A DNA stretch of 64,000 nucleotides from Candidatus Latescibacterota bacterium (GTDB taxonomy: Bacteria; Latescibacterota; UBA2968; UBA8231). The stretch spans positions 3,296,001 through 3,360,000 of the forward strand of contig OZ241362.1 of the NCBI GenBank assembly GCA_965200315.1. Reading direction: 5' to 3'. Shown one piece after another: positions 46,093 to 55,376 of the stretch. A program made the translations under genes and the position numbers. The notes under the pieces are model-generated. The model did no database searches. It was not told the DNA's origin and saw only the letters and a program-made list of their open reading frames with translations. How positions within the stretch are numbered: position 1 is the first letter of the stretch; each line of letters opens with the position of its first letter.

Positions 46093-47322
46093 ATGGCAAA
46101 TCCAACACCCTCTGGAAGAATAGTGATCGAGATCGATCCAGAACAGAAGCGAGAGCTATATTCGGCTCTCGCGTTATCTGGCAGTACTCTCAAGGATTGG
46201 TTCATCAGGTCAGCAGCGGAATACTGTGCAGAAAGGCGCCAACTCTCTCTCTGCAACTACAATAGTCGTGATGCAGGTGCACCGTACGAAACCGCACCTG
46301 ATCTAGGGGTAGTTCCTCATGACCGTTCTAGACGCGGCTCTCATCTTCTCGACCGCGTGCCTCAGCTTGGTCTGAAGAAATCTCTCACTGTAGTATCCAT
46401 GTTCTCAGGTTGCGGAGGCATGGATCTTGGTTTCACTGGTGGCTTTGAGTTCATGGGCCAAAGCTACCCGCAGCTTCCATTTTCGATAATCTGGTCCAAC
46501 GACAACAACAAAGCCGCCTGCAAGACCTACACACACAATTTGGGGCACGACATCGCGTGTGGCGATGTATGGGATTTTATTGATGAACTACCGGGTAAAG
46601 CAGATGTGCTGATTGGTGGCTTTCCCTGCCAAGATATTTCCATTAACGGCAACAGGGCTGGCATTAACGGTCCCCGGACGGGTCTTTACCGGGCAATGGT
46701 GGAGGGAGTGAAACGAATCAGGCCAAAGGTCTTCGTCGCGGAGAACGTCAAGGGTCTCCTCATAGGGGACAATCGAGAAGCCTTAGCCCAAATACTCTCT
46801 GACTTCGGCAGTCTGGGCTACGCGGTCGGCTACAAGTTGTACCGGGTGGCCGACTATGGTGTACCTCAGATGCGCGAAAGAGTCATCATTGTAGGTACTT
46901 CCAGCGAGGTGAACCCTTTCACGCCGCCAGAACCTGAACGAAGTTCCTCCGAGTGGATAACTGCTGAGAAAGCAATTGGCGATCTGGAAACCGTCCAAGA
47001 GAATCGCGACTTGAACCATATATGGAGCCGGGCAAACCCTAGCCCAGAGCAGGGAAACCGCAGGCTTGCCGCCGACAGACCAGGCCACACGATTCGCGCT
47101 GAGTGTCACGGGAATATTCAGTTCCATTATTCGCTGCCGAGACGTATTTCCATGAGGGAAGCTGCGCGGATACAATCGTTCCCCGACAGCTTTGTCTTTA
47201 AGTCGGGCCTCAGGGAAACCGAGCGACAGGTGGGCAATGCAGTGCCTCCTGTATTCGCTTGGTATGTCGCATGTAGTGTGCTCAGGTGTTTCCAGTATAG
47301 CCCTAGCAAGCATGTCGCCTAA
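46093..47322 (+). CDS. DNA (cytosine-5)-methyltransferase with N-terminal extension
   Basis: Motifs I FSGCGG, IV GFPCQ, VI ENV, VIII QMRERV, IX REAARIQSFP, X GNAVP. Confidence 0.95.
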   Translation: MANPTPSGRIVIEIDPEQKRELYSALALSGSTLKDWFIRSAAEYCAERRQLSLCNYNSRDAGAPYETAPDLGVVPHDRSRRGSHLLDRVPQLGLKKSLTVVSMFSGCGGMDLGFTGGFEFMGQSYPQLPFSIIWSNDNNKAACKTYTHNLGHDIACGDVWDFIDELPGKADVLIGGFPCQDISINGNRAGINGPRTGLYRAMVEGVKRIRPKVFVAENVKGLLIGDNREALAQILSDFGSLGYAVGYKLYRVADYGVPQMRERVIIVGTSSEVNPFTPPEPERSSSEWITAEKAIGDLETVQENRDLNHIWSRANPSPEQGNRRLAADRPGHTIRAECHGNIQFHYSLPRRISMREAARIQSFPDSFVFKSGLRETERQVGNAVPPVFAWYVACSVLRCFQYSPSKHVA

Positions 47323-47327
47323 ACAGA

Positions 47328-48326
47328 TCAGGCCTCGAATAATTCTTTCGATGGAATCCAACCCTGAGCATAGTCATCGGCTAGCGCTAGCCATTTGCAA
47401 ATTCTCTGCTCTGGCGCAACGACACATCCCCAGTACTCTTTGAACAAAGCCGGTTCGAGACGAGCGGCCGCAGTCCGTATCTCGCCTTCAATATCTTTTA
47501 GGGCACGCAGCAAGTAATTGCCGCCTCGCTCGGAGTCACTCCTAAGAGCGACGCTACCTGCCGAGAACAGGTCTCTTGTCTGTGAGCACAGTACACCGTG
47601 ATAGGTCAGCAAATAGAGTGCTGCATCATTATACTTGTTCTTGGAACGTGGCGGTTTCACGATCTGTGGACATAGAAGCGCTGCCTCAGCCCTCAGTTGT
47701 CTCTTCTCGTCTTGAGCCAGATCCATGTATAGACGGACTTGGATGGGCAAGGAGTGTGTTGAATCAGGTCGATCTTCTAGCCACCATAGCCGCTCGCCAG
47801 GACGCAGCCGACTTCGCGCATACTTGCGAATTTGAATCATCCGGTCTTCAGTCGAAAGCGCACGGAACTCGGCATACGAGATCCCCATTTTCGCGGACAC
47901 AGAGCGGTCGCTACCTATTTCGATCTCGAAACGCGGTACGTGAGATGTGCGGACATGGATGACGCAATCATCGTACTTTTCCCACTTCACCTCTGGTTGG
48001 CCGCCGAGCTTCCCGTACACTACATAAATGTTCGTCACCAAGGAATCAAGAGTGCTTTCAAAGACACTGTTGGCAACGCTTCGCCAGCTATCGCCTTTCG
48101 TAAACTTCACTTCTATGCCGTACGCACCGAGTGTAATGTCCGGGAATTGGTGAGGATGGGGAGAGAAGTCTACTGACTCAGTCTCTAGTTGGGGCATTGA
48201 AACAAGTTCACGTCGTACTCTCTCCTCAAAGTCGCTTGCTCCCGCATAAGTCGCGCCTTGTTGCGCCTCGAATGTTAGGTGCTGACATAGTTCTGATAGC
48301 ATTTCCTCAAATACGAGCGCATCCAT
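47328..48326 (-). CDS. Putative type II restriction endonuclease (PD-(D/E)xK)
   Basis: FPDI...GIEVK; convergent with the C5 methyltransferase, 5-bp gap. Confidence 0.75.
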   Translation of the reverse strand: MDALVFEEMLSELCQHLTFEAQQGATYAGASDFEERVRRELVSMPQLETESVDFSPHPHQFPDITLGAYGIEVKFTKGDSWRSVANSVFESTLDSLVTNIYVVYGKLGGQPEVKWEKYDDCVIHVRTSHVPRFEIEIGSDRSVSAKMGISYAEFRALSTEDRMIQIRKYARSRLRPGERLWWLEDRPDSTHSLPIQVRLYMDLAQDEKRQLRAEAALLCPQIVKPPRSKNKYNDAALYLLTYHGVLCSQTRDLFSAGSVALRSDSERGGNYLLRALKDIEGEIRTAAARLEPALFKEYWGCVVAPEQRICKWLALADDYAQGWIPSKELFEA

Positions 48327-48461
48327 AGTCAACTCGCTTATTGTAGCAGCCGAAGTATAGCGATGACTCGACCGAGATCGATATTAGACGAAATGAAAAC
48401 AGAAACCAGGTTGAACTGATAAAGTGCCGGCGTCTGCTTTATCTTGGGAAGAGCCTTTATC

Positions 48462-48779
48462 TCATAATTCTGGGCCTTCATGAGCGAGGTATGTCGCGCC
48501 AAAGATGGCCCGATCATTCTGGGGCTTCCCTGTGGATCTGTTCATCTCCTGAAAAGCAAAAAGATTCACCTCCGCATTCATAAGTTTCGAGTAAATTCCA
48601 ATTTCCTCTAGCGTTTCTAGGTAATCCCGCTTCCAATCTCTGGATAGCATGAAAGACAAGACCTTGTTGTTGCTCCAGACCTGCAATGGATCCCAATTCA
48701 TGTTGGGATCGTCGTTGTCTCGGTTCTTGATAAGCAGTGCCCATACGTTCTGTTCGTTCTTCTTGCAGCACTCCCCCAA
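48462..48779 (-). CDS. Hypothetical protein or gene fragment inside the R-M island
   Basis: 105-aa ORF, lower GC, no recognised motif. Confidence 0.35.
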   Translation of the reverse strand: MGECCKKNEQNVWALLIKNRDNDDPNMNWDPLQVWSNNKVLSFMLSRDWKRDYLETLEEIGIYSKLMNAEVNLFAFQEMNRSTGKPQNDRAIFGATYLAHEGPEL

Positions 48780-48817
48780 GCAGTACTCGCCTATTACCTA
48801 TCTTATCGCCCAAGCAC

Positions 48818-50149
48818 CTAGTCGTAGTACTCTTGCCCCAAGTGGGTAATTAGATCTTCGCCCTGCAAGAAGCGCAGCGTGTTCTTGAGCTTCATTAGCT
48901 GAATAAAGAGGTCGTGCTCGGGATAGAGGTCGGGCGCGGTCATCGGGCTTTTGAAGTAAAACGAGAGCCACTCTTGGACCCCTGCCATCTGCGATCGCTG
49001 CGCCAAATCGGCAAACAGCACCAAGTCCAAGACCAGCGGCGCGGCGAGAATCGAATCGCGGCAGAGGAAATCGACCTTGATCTGCATGGGCATGCCCAGC
49101 CAGCCGAAGATGTCGATGTTGTCCCAACCCTCTTTCTCGTCGCCGCGCGGGGGATAGTAGTTGATCCGCACCTTGTGGTAAATATCGCCGTAGAGTTGGG
49201 GGTAGAGATTGGGCTGCAAGATGAACTCCAGCACGTCGAGCTTGCTGACTTCCTTGGTCTTGAACGAGTCGGGGTCGTCGAGCACCTCGCCGTCGCGGTT
49301 GCCCAAGATGTTGGTCGAAAACCAGCCCTGTACGCCGAGCATCCGCGCCTTGAGACCCGGGGCTAGCAGGGTCTTCATCAGGGTCTGGCCAGTCTTGAAG
49401 TCCTTGCCGCCGATGGGTACGCCCTTTTGCCGCGCTAGTTCGACCATGGCCGGAACATCTACGGTCAAGTTCGGCGCACCGTTTAGAAAGGGAATGCCTT
49501 CTTGGAGCGCGGCGTAGGCGTAGATCATGCTCGGGGGTATGGCCGGGTGGTTTTCCCGTATGGCTTTTTCGAGGCTCTCGATCTCGTTGTGTACTTCGTG
49601 GTGCTGCATGAAAATCTCCGTGCTGCCACACCAGATCATCACCAGCCGCTCAATGCAGTTGTCGGCCTTGAAGCGCTGGATGTCTTCGCGCACTTCCAGC
49701 ACGGCATCCCACTTGCTCTTGGCGCTTTTGACGTTAGAGCCTTCGAGGCGGCGCACGTAGTTGCGGTCGAACACCGCGGGCATCGGTTTGACGGCTTTGA
49801 GCGGGTCCTTGATCTGATCGAGCAGCCTCTGGTCCAAGACGCCGGCGTGGATAGCCGAGTCATAGGCGTCCTCCGGGAAGACGTCCCAGCCACCGAATAC
49901 TAAGCTGTCGATGCCGGCCAGCGGCACGAAGTCCTTAATCAGCGGCGAGCGTCCTTCGGTGCGCTTGCCCAAGCGGATGGTGCCCATCTGGGTCAGCGAG
50001 CCGATGGGTTGGCCGATGCCGGCTTTGATGGCTTCGACGCCGGCGATAACTGTGGTGGCCACCGCGCCCATGCCGGGAATGAGGACGCCGAGTTTGCCCG
50101 TGGCCGGAGCGATGGATTCAGATTGGTTCACAAGAGTCTCCTTTTGCAT
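48818..50149 (-). CDS. ino1: myo-Inositol-1-phosphate synthase
   Basis: GMGAVATT, VFGGWD, WCGSTE, FLNGAP, GKDFKTGQT, NILGNRDG, CRDSILAAPLVLDL, SFYFKSP. Confidence 0.95.
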   Translation of the reverse strand: MQKETLVNQSESIAPATGKLGVLIPGMGAVATTVIAGVEAIKAGIGQPIGSLTQMGTIRLGKRTEGRSPLIKDFVPLAGIDSLVFGGWDVFPEDAYDSAIHAGVLDQRLLDQIKDPLKAVKPMPAVFDRNYVRRLEGSNVKSAKSKWDAVLEVREDIQRFKADNCIERLVMIWCGSTEIFMQHHEVHNEIESLEKAIRENHPAIPPSMIYAYAALQEGIPFLNGAPNLTVDVPAMVELARQKGVPIGGKDFKTGQTLMKTLLAPGLKARMLGVQGWFSTNILGNRDGEVLDDPDSFKTKEVSKLDVLEFILQPNLYPQLYGDIYHKVRINYYPPRGDEKEGWDNIDIFGWLGMPMQIKVDFLCRDSILAAPLVLDLVLFADLAQRSQMAGVQEWLSFYFKSPMTAPDLYPEHDLFIQLMKLKNTLRFLQGEDLITHLGQEYYD

Positions 50150-50302
50150 GGAAGAGTTATGTCATTCGCCGCAAGATAAAGTATAAAGTAGAGCGTTCTA
50201 TTCATTGAGCAAATTAATTATTACTATGTAATTAATAGAAAATATTTATGAATCGTACCCAGTTAAAACGGGACGGGAGCGGAAATTGCAGAAAAATGGG
50301 AA

Positions 50303-51298
50303 TCAGGCGGCGAGGCGTTCTGGATCGGTGTCGCGCAGTTCCGCGAGGCGATCCAACAAGGGGCTTAGCTCCTTGTAGCTAGCGAGTTCGGCTCTGAGCC
50401 GCGCCGCGCCGCGCAGACCGCGAAAGTACCCGGCGTAGTGGCGTCTCATGCCGATCAGTGCCCCTTGCGGGCCGTCGTGCTCAACCGCCAGTCGCAGGTG
50501 CTTGAGGCACAGTTCGATGCGCTCCTGCCAGCTTGGTTCGGGCAAGAATGCACCTGTCTTTAGGTAGTGCTGGGATTCGCGGAAAATCCACGGGTGGCGG
50601 ATGGCACCGCGGCCGATCATCACCCCGTCGCACCCCGTGCTGTCGAAGGCAGCTTTGACCATCTGCGGCGAGGTCACGTCGCCGTTGAGAATGATCGGTA
50701 TGGAGACTGCCGCCTTGACCTTGGGGATCCATTCGTAGTCCACCGCGCCCTTGTGGCCTTGTGCGCGGGTGCGGCAGTGGATAGCCAGTGCCTGTACGCC
50801 CAGATCTTCCAGCATCTGGGCAACCTCGACGATGCGGATGCTGTGCTGGTCCCAGCCGAGGCGCGTCTTCACGGTCACCGGCAGGTGCGTCGCGCCGATG
50901 ACGCGCGAGACGACCTCCTTCATTTGCGGCAAGTCGCGCAGCAGCCCGGCCCCGGCCCCGCGTAACGCCACATTGCTCACCCAGCAGCCGCAGTTGATGT
51001 CGATGAAGTCAGGATGTTGTGCACTGGCGATCTCAGCGGCTTTCTCCATGGACAGCGAGGCCGCGCCGTAGAGCTGGATCACCAAGGGCCGCTCGGCCTC
51101 TGTAAAGCGCAGCTTGCGAAAAGCGCGGCGCGGCCCGTTGGGGTCTTCGCGCAGCAGCCCCTCGGCATTGACGAACTCTGTATAGACGATGTCGGCTCCC
51201 AGTTCCCTGCAAATCAGGCGGAACGGTAGCTCGGATACATCCTCCATGGGCGCGAGCAGGATGCCGGGATCAGCGGTTATCGGACCGATGCGGAACAT
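50303..51298 (-). CDS. dusB: tRNA-dihydrouridine synthase
   Basis: LAPMED, IDINCGC, VTVKTRLGW, IHCRT, NGDV, GVMIGRG. Confidence 0.92.
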   Translation of the reverse strand: MFRIGPITADPGILLAPMEDVSELPFRLICRELGADIVYTEFVNAEGLLREDPNGPRRAFRKLRFTEAERPLVIQLYGAASLSMEKAAEIASAQHPDFIDINCGCWVSNVALRGAGAGLLRDLPQMKEVVSRVIGATHLPVTVKTRLGWDQHSIRIVEVAQMLEDLGVQALAIHCRTRAQGHKGAVDYEWIPKVKAAVSIPIILNGDVTSPQMVKAAFDSTGCDGVMIGRGAIRHPWIFRESQHYLKTGAFLPEPSWQERIELCLKHLRLAVEHDGPQGALIGMRRHYAGYFRGLRGAARLRAELASYKELSPLLDRLAELRDTDPERLAA

Positions 51299-51302
51299 TG
51301 TT

Positions 51303-51617
51303 TCATTTTAGGGTCGAATAGGGCAATGCTTTCATCACCCGCACCTCGCGCCGGCGGATTAGCGGCCGGATCTGATCGACGATCTTGGCCCATTCCGGGC
51401 TGCCGTAATAGGCTTCAATCGCCTTGTCGCGGGCCTTGGCGTTGGGGAAGGCGCGAATCCAGATGAACTCGTCGTTGCGGTCGGGATTTTCCCACGCGGC
51501 GACAAACGTCACGCCGTACTTAGACATAAAGCGGCGCGCCTTGGTAAAGCCGGCGAGGAATTTCTTCTTGTTGTCGGCTCCCTTGTGGAAGCGGTAGATG
51601 CGCAACTCGTAGATCAT
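51303..51617 (-). CDS. NIPSNAP-family protein
   Basis: MIYELRIYRF...FIWIRAF...YYGSPEW; ATG overlaps the upstream stop; AGGAG RBS. Confidence 0.85.
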   Translation of the reverse strand: MIYELRIYRFHKGADNKKKFLAGFTKARRFMSKYGVTFVAAWENPDRNDEFIWIRAFPNAKARDKAIEAYYGSPEWAKIVDQIRPLIRRREVRVMKALPYSTLK

Positions 51618-52216
51618 ATAGATTCTCCTTGATAGATGGTGGTTTCGGCGACGACCATGTCCACGGGCACATCGTGCAGTTCGCCGGGAATGCAGTCGAG
51701 GACTAGCGAGTCGTAGCACAGCCCTATTTTGACGCCTTGGACTTGCGCGAGAAAGCGGTCGTAGTAGCCGCCGCCCCAGCCGATGCGCTGCCCGCGCCGG
51801 TCAAAGGCAAGGCCCGGCACTACGACCAAGTCGATGCGAGCTACTGAGGGCAGCCAAGTGGCCGCGGCCGGATCGGGTTGCGCTAGCCCCCAAGGACCGA
51901 CGACGAGTTGGTCTAGGTCGTTGATTAGCGCGTGGGCCAGCGTCTTTGTGCCCGGCATTACCACCGGCACGGCCACGCGCTTGCCGTGCGCAAAGCAAGT
52001 GCCGATCAACGCACGGGTATCGACCTCGTTTTCCTTGGAGACATAGGTGTGGACGAGGTTGGCCCGGCGATACGCCTCCAAGCCCAAGACCTTCTCTAAT
52101 ATGGCCTGTCCGCTGACTTCCGCTTGGCCGCGATCCAAACCCATGCGTGCAGCTATAACGCGCTTTCTGAGCCGTTCTTTGCACGTGCGCGTCGCCTCCT
52201 TCTTCATAAGTGCCAT
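51614..52216 (-). CDS. ygfA: 5-formyltetrahydrofolate cyclo-ligase
   Basis: NEVDT, VVVPGLAFDRRGQRIGWGGGYYDRFL, HDVPVD. Confidence 0.93.
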   Translation of the reverse strand: MALMKKEATRTCKERLRKRVIAARMGLDRGQAEVSGQAILEKVLGLEAYRRANLVHTYVSKENEVDTRALIGTCFAHGKRVAVPVVMPGTKTLAHALINDLDQLVVGPWGLAQPDPAAATWLPSVARIDLVVVPGLAFDRRGQRIGWGGGYYDRFLAQVQGVKIGLCYDSLVLDCIPGELHDVPVDMVVAETTIYQGESI

Positions 52217-52362
52217 AATACTGGCACCTAGAATGGGCGTCAAGCGCGTGTGGCACCTAGGGTTTCTTGACGAATATGAGCCTTTCCCCTAGATTGACTA
52301 GGATGGGCGCGGCCTTGTTTTTTCAAGGCAGGACGCGCCCAAATCTATGACAGGGGCCGTGG

Positions 52363-53205
52363 ATGGCCGCCACAGAAACCCACCAAATCATCCTTACTAT
52401 GAGTCCTCAGGCGCTGCCGCTCGAAATTTCTCCCCGCGAATACCACCCGGTAAAACCCCTCCATCCCGAAGAGGACTTCCGCATCCAGCAGCGCCTCAAG
52501 GACGAAGGAAACCTGCCGCAACACATCGCCATTATCATGGACGGTGACAGGCGCTGGGCTGTCGAGCGCAATCTGCCCAAAACCGAAGGGCATCGCTTTG
52601 GCCGCGAGTCGGTGCGCGACATTGTCCGCGCCTGCGGCCAACTGCAAATCGAGGCGCTGACCCTGTACACCTTCTCGACCGAGAACTGGTCTCGGCCCGA
52701 ATCAGAAGTAGAAGAGCTGATGCAGTGGCTGCACGAGTCGCTGCGCGACGAAGTGTCGGAACTCCACGAAAACAACGTATCGCTCAACGCCATAGGCCGC
52801 ACCGGCGCATTGTCGCCAACCGTCCAATTGGCCTTAGAGCACGCCCTCGCGCAGACCAGAGACAACACCGGCCTCAAGCTCAACTTGGCGCTCAACTACG
52901 GAGGCCGCAGCGAACTGGTCGATGCCTTCCGCAAGCTGGCCGCCGAAATAGCGGCGGGTCGGCTCTCCCCAGAAGACATCGACGAGGAACAAATCAGCGA
53001 TGCCCTCTATACAGCCGACTTGCCCGATCCGGATTTGTTGATCCGCACTAGCGGCGAAATGCGGCTGAGTAACTTCCTTCCTTGGCAGATGGTCTATACT
53101 GAAATTTGCTTTGTCGGCGACGTGCATTGGCCGGATTTTCGCCGCCAGCATCTCTACGAAGCCATTGCCGCCTATCAACAGCGACAGAGGCGCTTTGGTG
53201 GCTGA
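52363..53205 (+). CDS. uppS: Undecaprenyl-diphosphate synthase (isoprenyl transferase)
   Basis: HIAIIMDG.RRWA, YTFSTENWSRP, ALNYGGR, PDLLIRTSGEMRLSNFL, RRFGG. Confidence 0.95.
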   Translation: MAATETHQIILTMSPQALPLEISPREYHPVKPLHPEEDFRIQQRLKDEGNLPQHIAIIMDGDRRWAVERNLPKTEGHRFGRESVRDIVRACGQLQIEALTLYTFSTENWSRPESEVEELMQWLHESLRDEVSELHENNVSLNAIGRTGALSPTVQLALEHALAQTRDNTGLKLNLALNYGGRSELVDAFRKLAAEIAAGRLSPEDIDEEQISDALYTADLPDPDLLIRTSGEMRLSNFLPWQMVYTEICFVGDVHWPDFRRQHLYEAIAAYQQRQRRFGG

Positions 53206-54031
53206 CACTGCGGCAGCGGCCTCCGGACTGCGGCAGCGCGTCCTCGCGGCGGTCGTATTCGTGCCGGTGATTCTACTGCTGGTCGAAGGGGCTAGCTGGG
53301 CTCTTTTCCTCTTGGTGTTGGCCGTGGCCATGCGCTGCTCGTGGGAATATCATCACATCCTAGCGGAAGCTGGCTATCGCACCATCCGCCTGCCGGGCAG
53401 CTTGTTGGTCTTAGGGCTGTGCAGCTACTTCTGGCTACAGGGCGCAAGCGACGACCTCGTTGTGTTGCTGATGGCGGCCATCTTGCTGGTCGTGGTATGG
53501 ACCTTGTTCCAAGGCACGGAGCGCTATGCGGCCAATGCCTTTTTGACGTTGGGCGGCGTGCTCTTCTTTGGCGTCTTGGGCAGTGCGCCGCTGCTGCTTT
53601 TTCAGGCGGCCGGCAGGGGCGAGGAGGCTCACCACTTGGTGGCCGTGCTCTTTCTCTGCATCTGGCTCGCGGATTCCGGGGCGTACTTCAGCGGTCGATT
53701 TTTGGGCCGGGCCAAGCTGGCACCGGCAATCAGCCCCAATAAGACGCGGGTCGGGTGCATCGGCGGCGTAGTCGGCGGCGCCCTGCCCATACCCTTGGGC
53801 TTTTTGCTGCCCTCCTTTTCTACGGAGTCGCTGCTGGGGCTTTTGCTCGTCGCGGGCATCGGTGCGCAGGTAGGCGATTTGGTGGAATCGGCCTTTAAGC
53901 GCGACATGGGTATCAAGGACGCGCCGATGCTGATCCCAGGCCACGGCGGCCTACTCGACCGCTTTGACTCCTATTTTTTGGCCTTTCCGCTGGCGTATCT
54001 CTATGTCGATGTGCTGGCCGTTTTTTCTTGA
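53198..54031 (+). CDS. cdsA: Phosphatidate cytidylyltransferase
   Basis: DSGAYFSG...ISPNKT...GDLVESAFKRDMGIKD...PGHGGLLDRFDS; GTG overlaps the uppS end. Confidence 0.93.
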   Translation: MADTAAAASGLRQRVLAAVVFVPVILLLVEGASWALFLLVLAVAMRCSWEYHHILAEAGYRTIRLPGSLLVLGLCSYFWLQGASDDLVVLLMAAILLVVVWTLFQGTERYAANAFLTLGGVLFFGVLGSAPLLLFQAAGRGEEAHHLVAVLFLCIWLADSGAYFSGRFLGRAKLAPAISPNKTRVGCIGGVVGGALPIPLGFLLPSFSTESLLGLLLVAGIGAQVGDLVESAFKRDMGIKDAPMLIPGHGGLLDRFDSYFLAFPLAYLYVDVLAVFS

Positions 54032-54044
54032 GATGGATTAGAGT

Positions 54045-55355
54045 ATGCTCGATACCCTCACTACTATTGCCTCGTTTCTCATCGCCTTAGGTGTCTTGGT
54101 CTTCGTCCACGAGTTGGGCCACTTTCTGGTCGCCAAATGGGCGGGCATCCGCGTCGAGCGCTTCTCCTTGGGCTACCCACCCAAGATGATCGGCTTTACC
54201 CGCGGCGAAACCGAGTACTGCATCTCTTGGATCCCCTTTGGTGGCTACGTCAAGGTAGCTGGCATGGCCGATGTGGGTACCGAGGAAACCACTGGCGCAC
54301 ACTGGGAATTCCCCTCTAGATCGGTGGGGATCCGCATGGCGGTCATCGCCGCTGGCCCAGCGATGAACTTCCTCTTCGCCTTCGCGGCCCTGATATTCCT
54401 CTTTCGCGTTTATGGAATCGACTCCTTCGATAGCACTCGCGTCGCTCCCCAAGAGAATTCCCTCGCCGCCGAGGTCGGTCTGGTGCGCGGCGATCGCGTG
54501 CGCACTGTCGGCGGTACGCCCGTCGACAATGCCTACGAGCTGGCCAGTGCCTTGGAAGAGATCGCAAGCCGCGGTGCCATGCTCGAAGTTGAACGCGACG
54601 GCATCCCCTTGACCTTCGACCTGCCACCCGCGGGCGACGAGGGCTATGGAGTGCAGTTGATGCGCCCCACCACGGTGGGGTACGTTGAGCCCGGGATGCC
54701 AGCCGACAGCCTCGGCCTGCAAGTGGGCGACATCATTCTCGCCATCGGCCAAGCTCCGGTTATGAGCTGGGCCGAGATGAGCGAGGAAATCCGCCGCTAT
54801 CCGGGCGAGACGATTCCGTTGGTTTGGGAGCGCGACAGCCAGCGCATGGAGCAGCTCATTACCCCGGCAGCCCACCGCGAGGGAGAAGCGTTTGTGGGTC
54901 GCATTGGCATCGGCCCGCAGGCCTCGCGCCACACCGTTGGGTTGGGACGAGCCGTGGTGCTGGGTGGCTTGGGCGTGTACAATTCCTCTTGGCTGATCCT
55001 CGACTTTTTGGGCGAGCTTTTCCAAGGCGACCGTTCGACCGACGAATTGGGCGGCCCGTTGCGCATTGCTCAGCTAGCCGGACAGACCGCCGAGCAGGGC
55101 TTGCACTCCTTCATCGACTTCCTCGCCATACTCAGCGTCAACTTGGCGATTATCAACCTCCTGCCCATTCCCGTGCTCGATGGCGGCCACTTGACCTTCC
55201 TCACGCTAGAGGGCATCATGCGCCGACCACTCTCGTTGCGCCAGCGCGAGATCTCTCAGCAGATCGGCTTGGCCATCATGCTGGTCATCATGGTGCTGGT
55301 CACGTTCAACGACCTCAATCAGATGGTCTTCCGCCACATCGCGGAGATGTTCTAA
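54045..55355 (+). CDS. rseP: RIP metalloprotease RseP
   Basis: HELGH, GGYV, AGPAMN, two PDZ-like regions, NLLPIPVLDGGH. Confidence 0.95.
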   Translation: MLDTLTTIASFLIALGVLVFVHELGHFLVAKWAGIRVERFSLGYPPKMIGFTRGETEYCISWIPFGGYVKVAGMADVGTEETTGAHWEFPSRSVGIRMAVIAAGPAMNFLFAFAALIFLFRVYGIDSFDSTRVAPQENSLAAEVGLVRGDRVRTVGGTPVDNAYELASALEEIASRGAMLEVERDGIPLTFDLPPAGDEGYGVQLMRPTTVGYVEPGMPADSLGLQVGDIILAIGQAPVMSWAEMSEEIRRYPGETIPLVWERDSQRMEQLITPAAHREGEAFVGRIGIGPQASRHTVGLGRAVVLGGLGVYNSSWLILDFLGELFQGDRSTDELGGPLRIAQLAGQTAEQGLHSFIDFLAILSVNLAIINLLPIPVLDGGHLTFLTLEGIMRRPLSLRQREISQQIGLAIMLVIMVLVTFNDLNQMVFRHIAEMF

Positions 55356-55376
55356 TAGCTGCTTGCGCGGCCCGGC

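Larger units (their letters stand above)
45998..48829. mobile_element. Small R-M island bounded by a 12-bp direct repeat of the ino1 3' end
   Basis: CTAGTCGTAGTA at 45998-46009 and 48818-48829; interior lower in GC; no integrase inside. Confidence 0.55.

Noticed and set aside
52220-52360. 6S RNA upstream of ygfA (common synteny)
   Set aside because: Only ~140 bp shared with the divergent uppS promoter; a single hairpin (GGGCGCG...CGCGCCC) and no 6S-like long rod.
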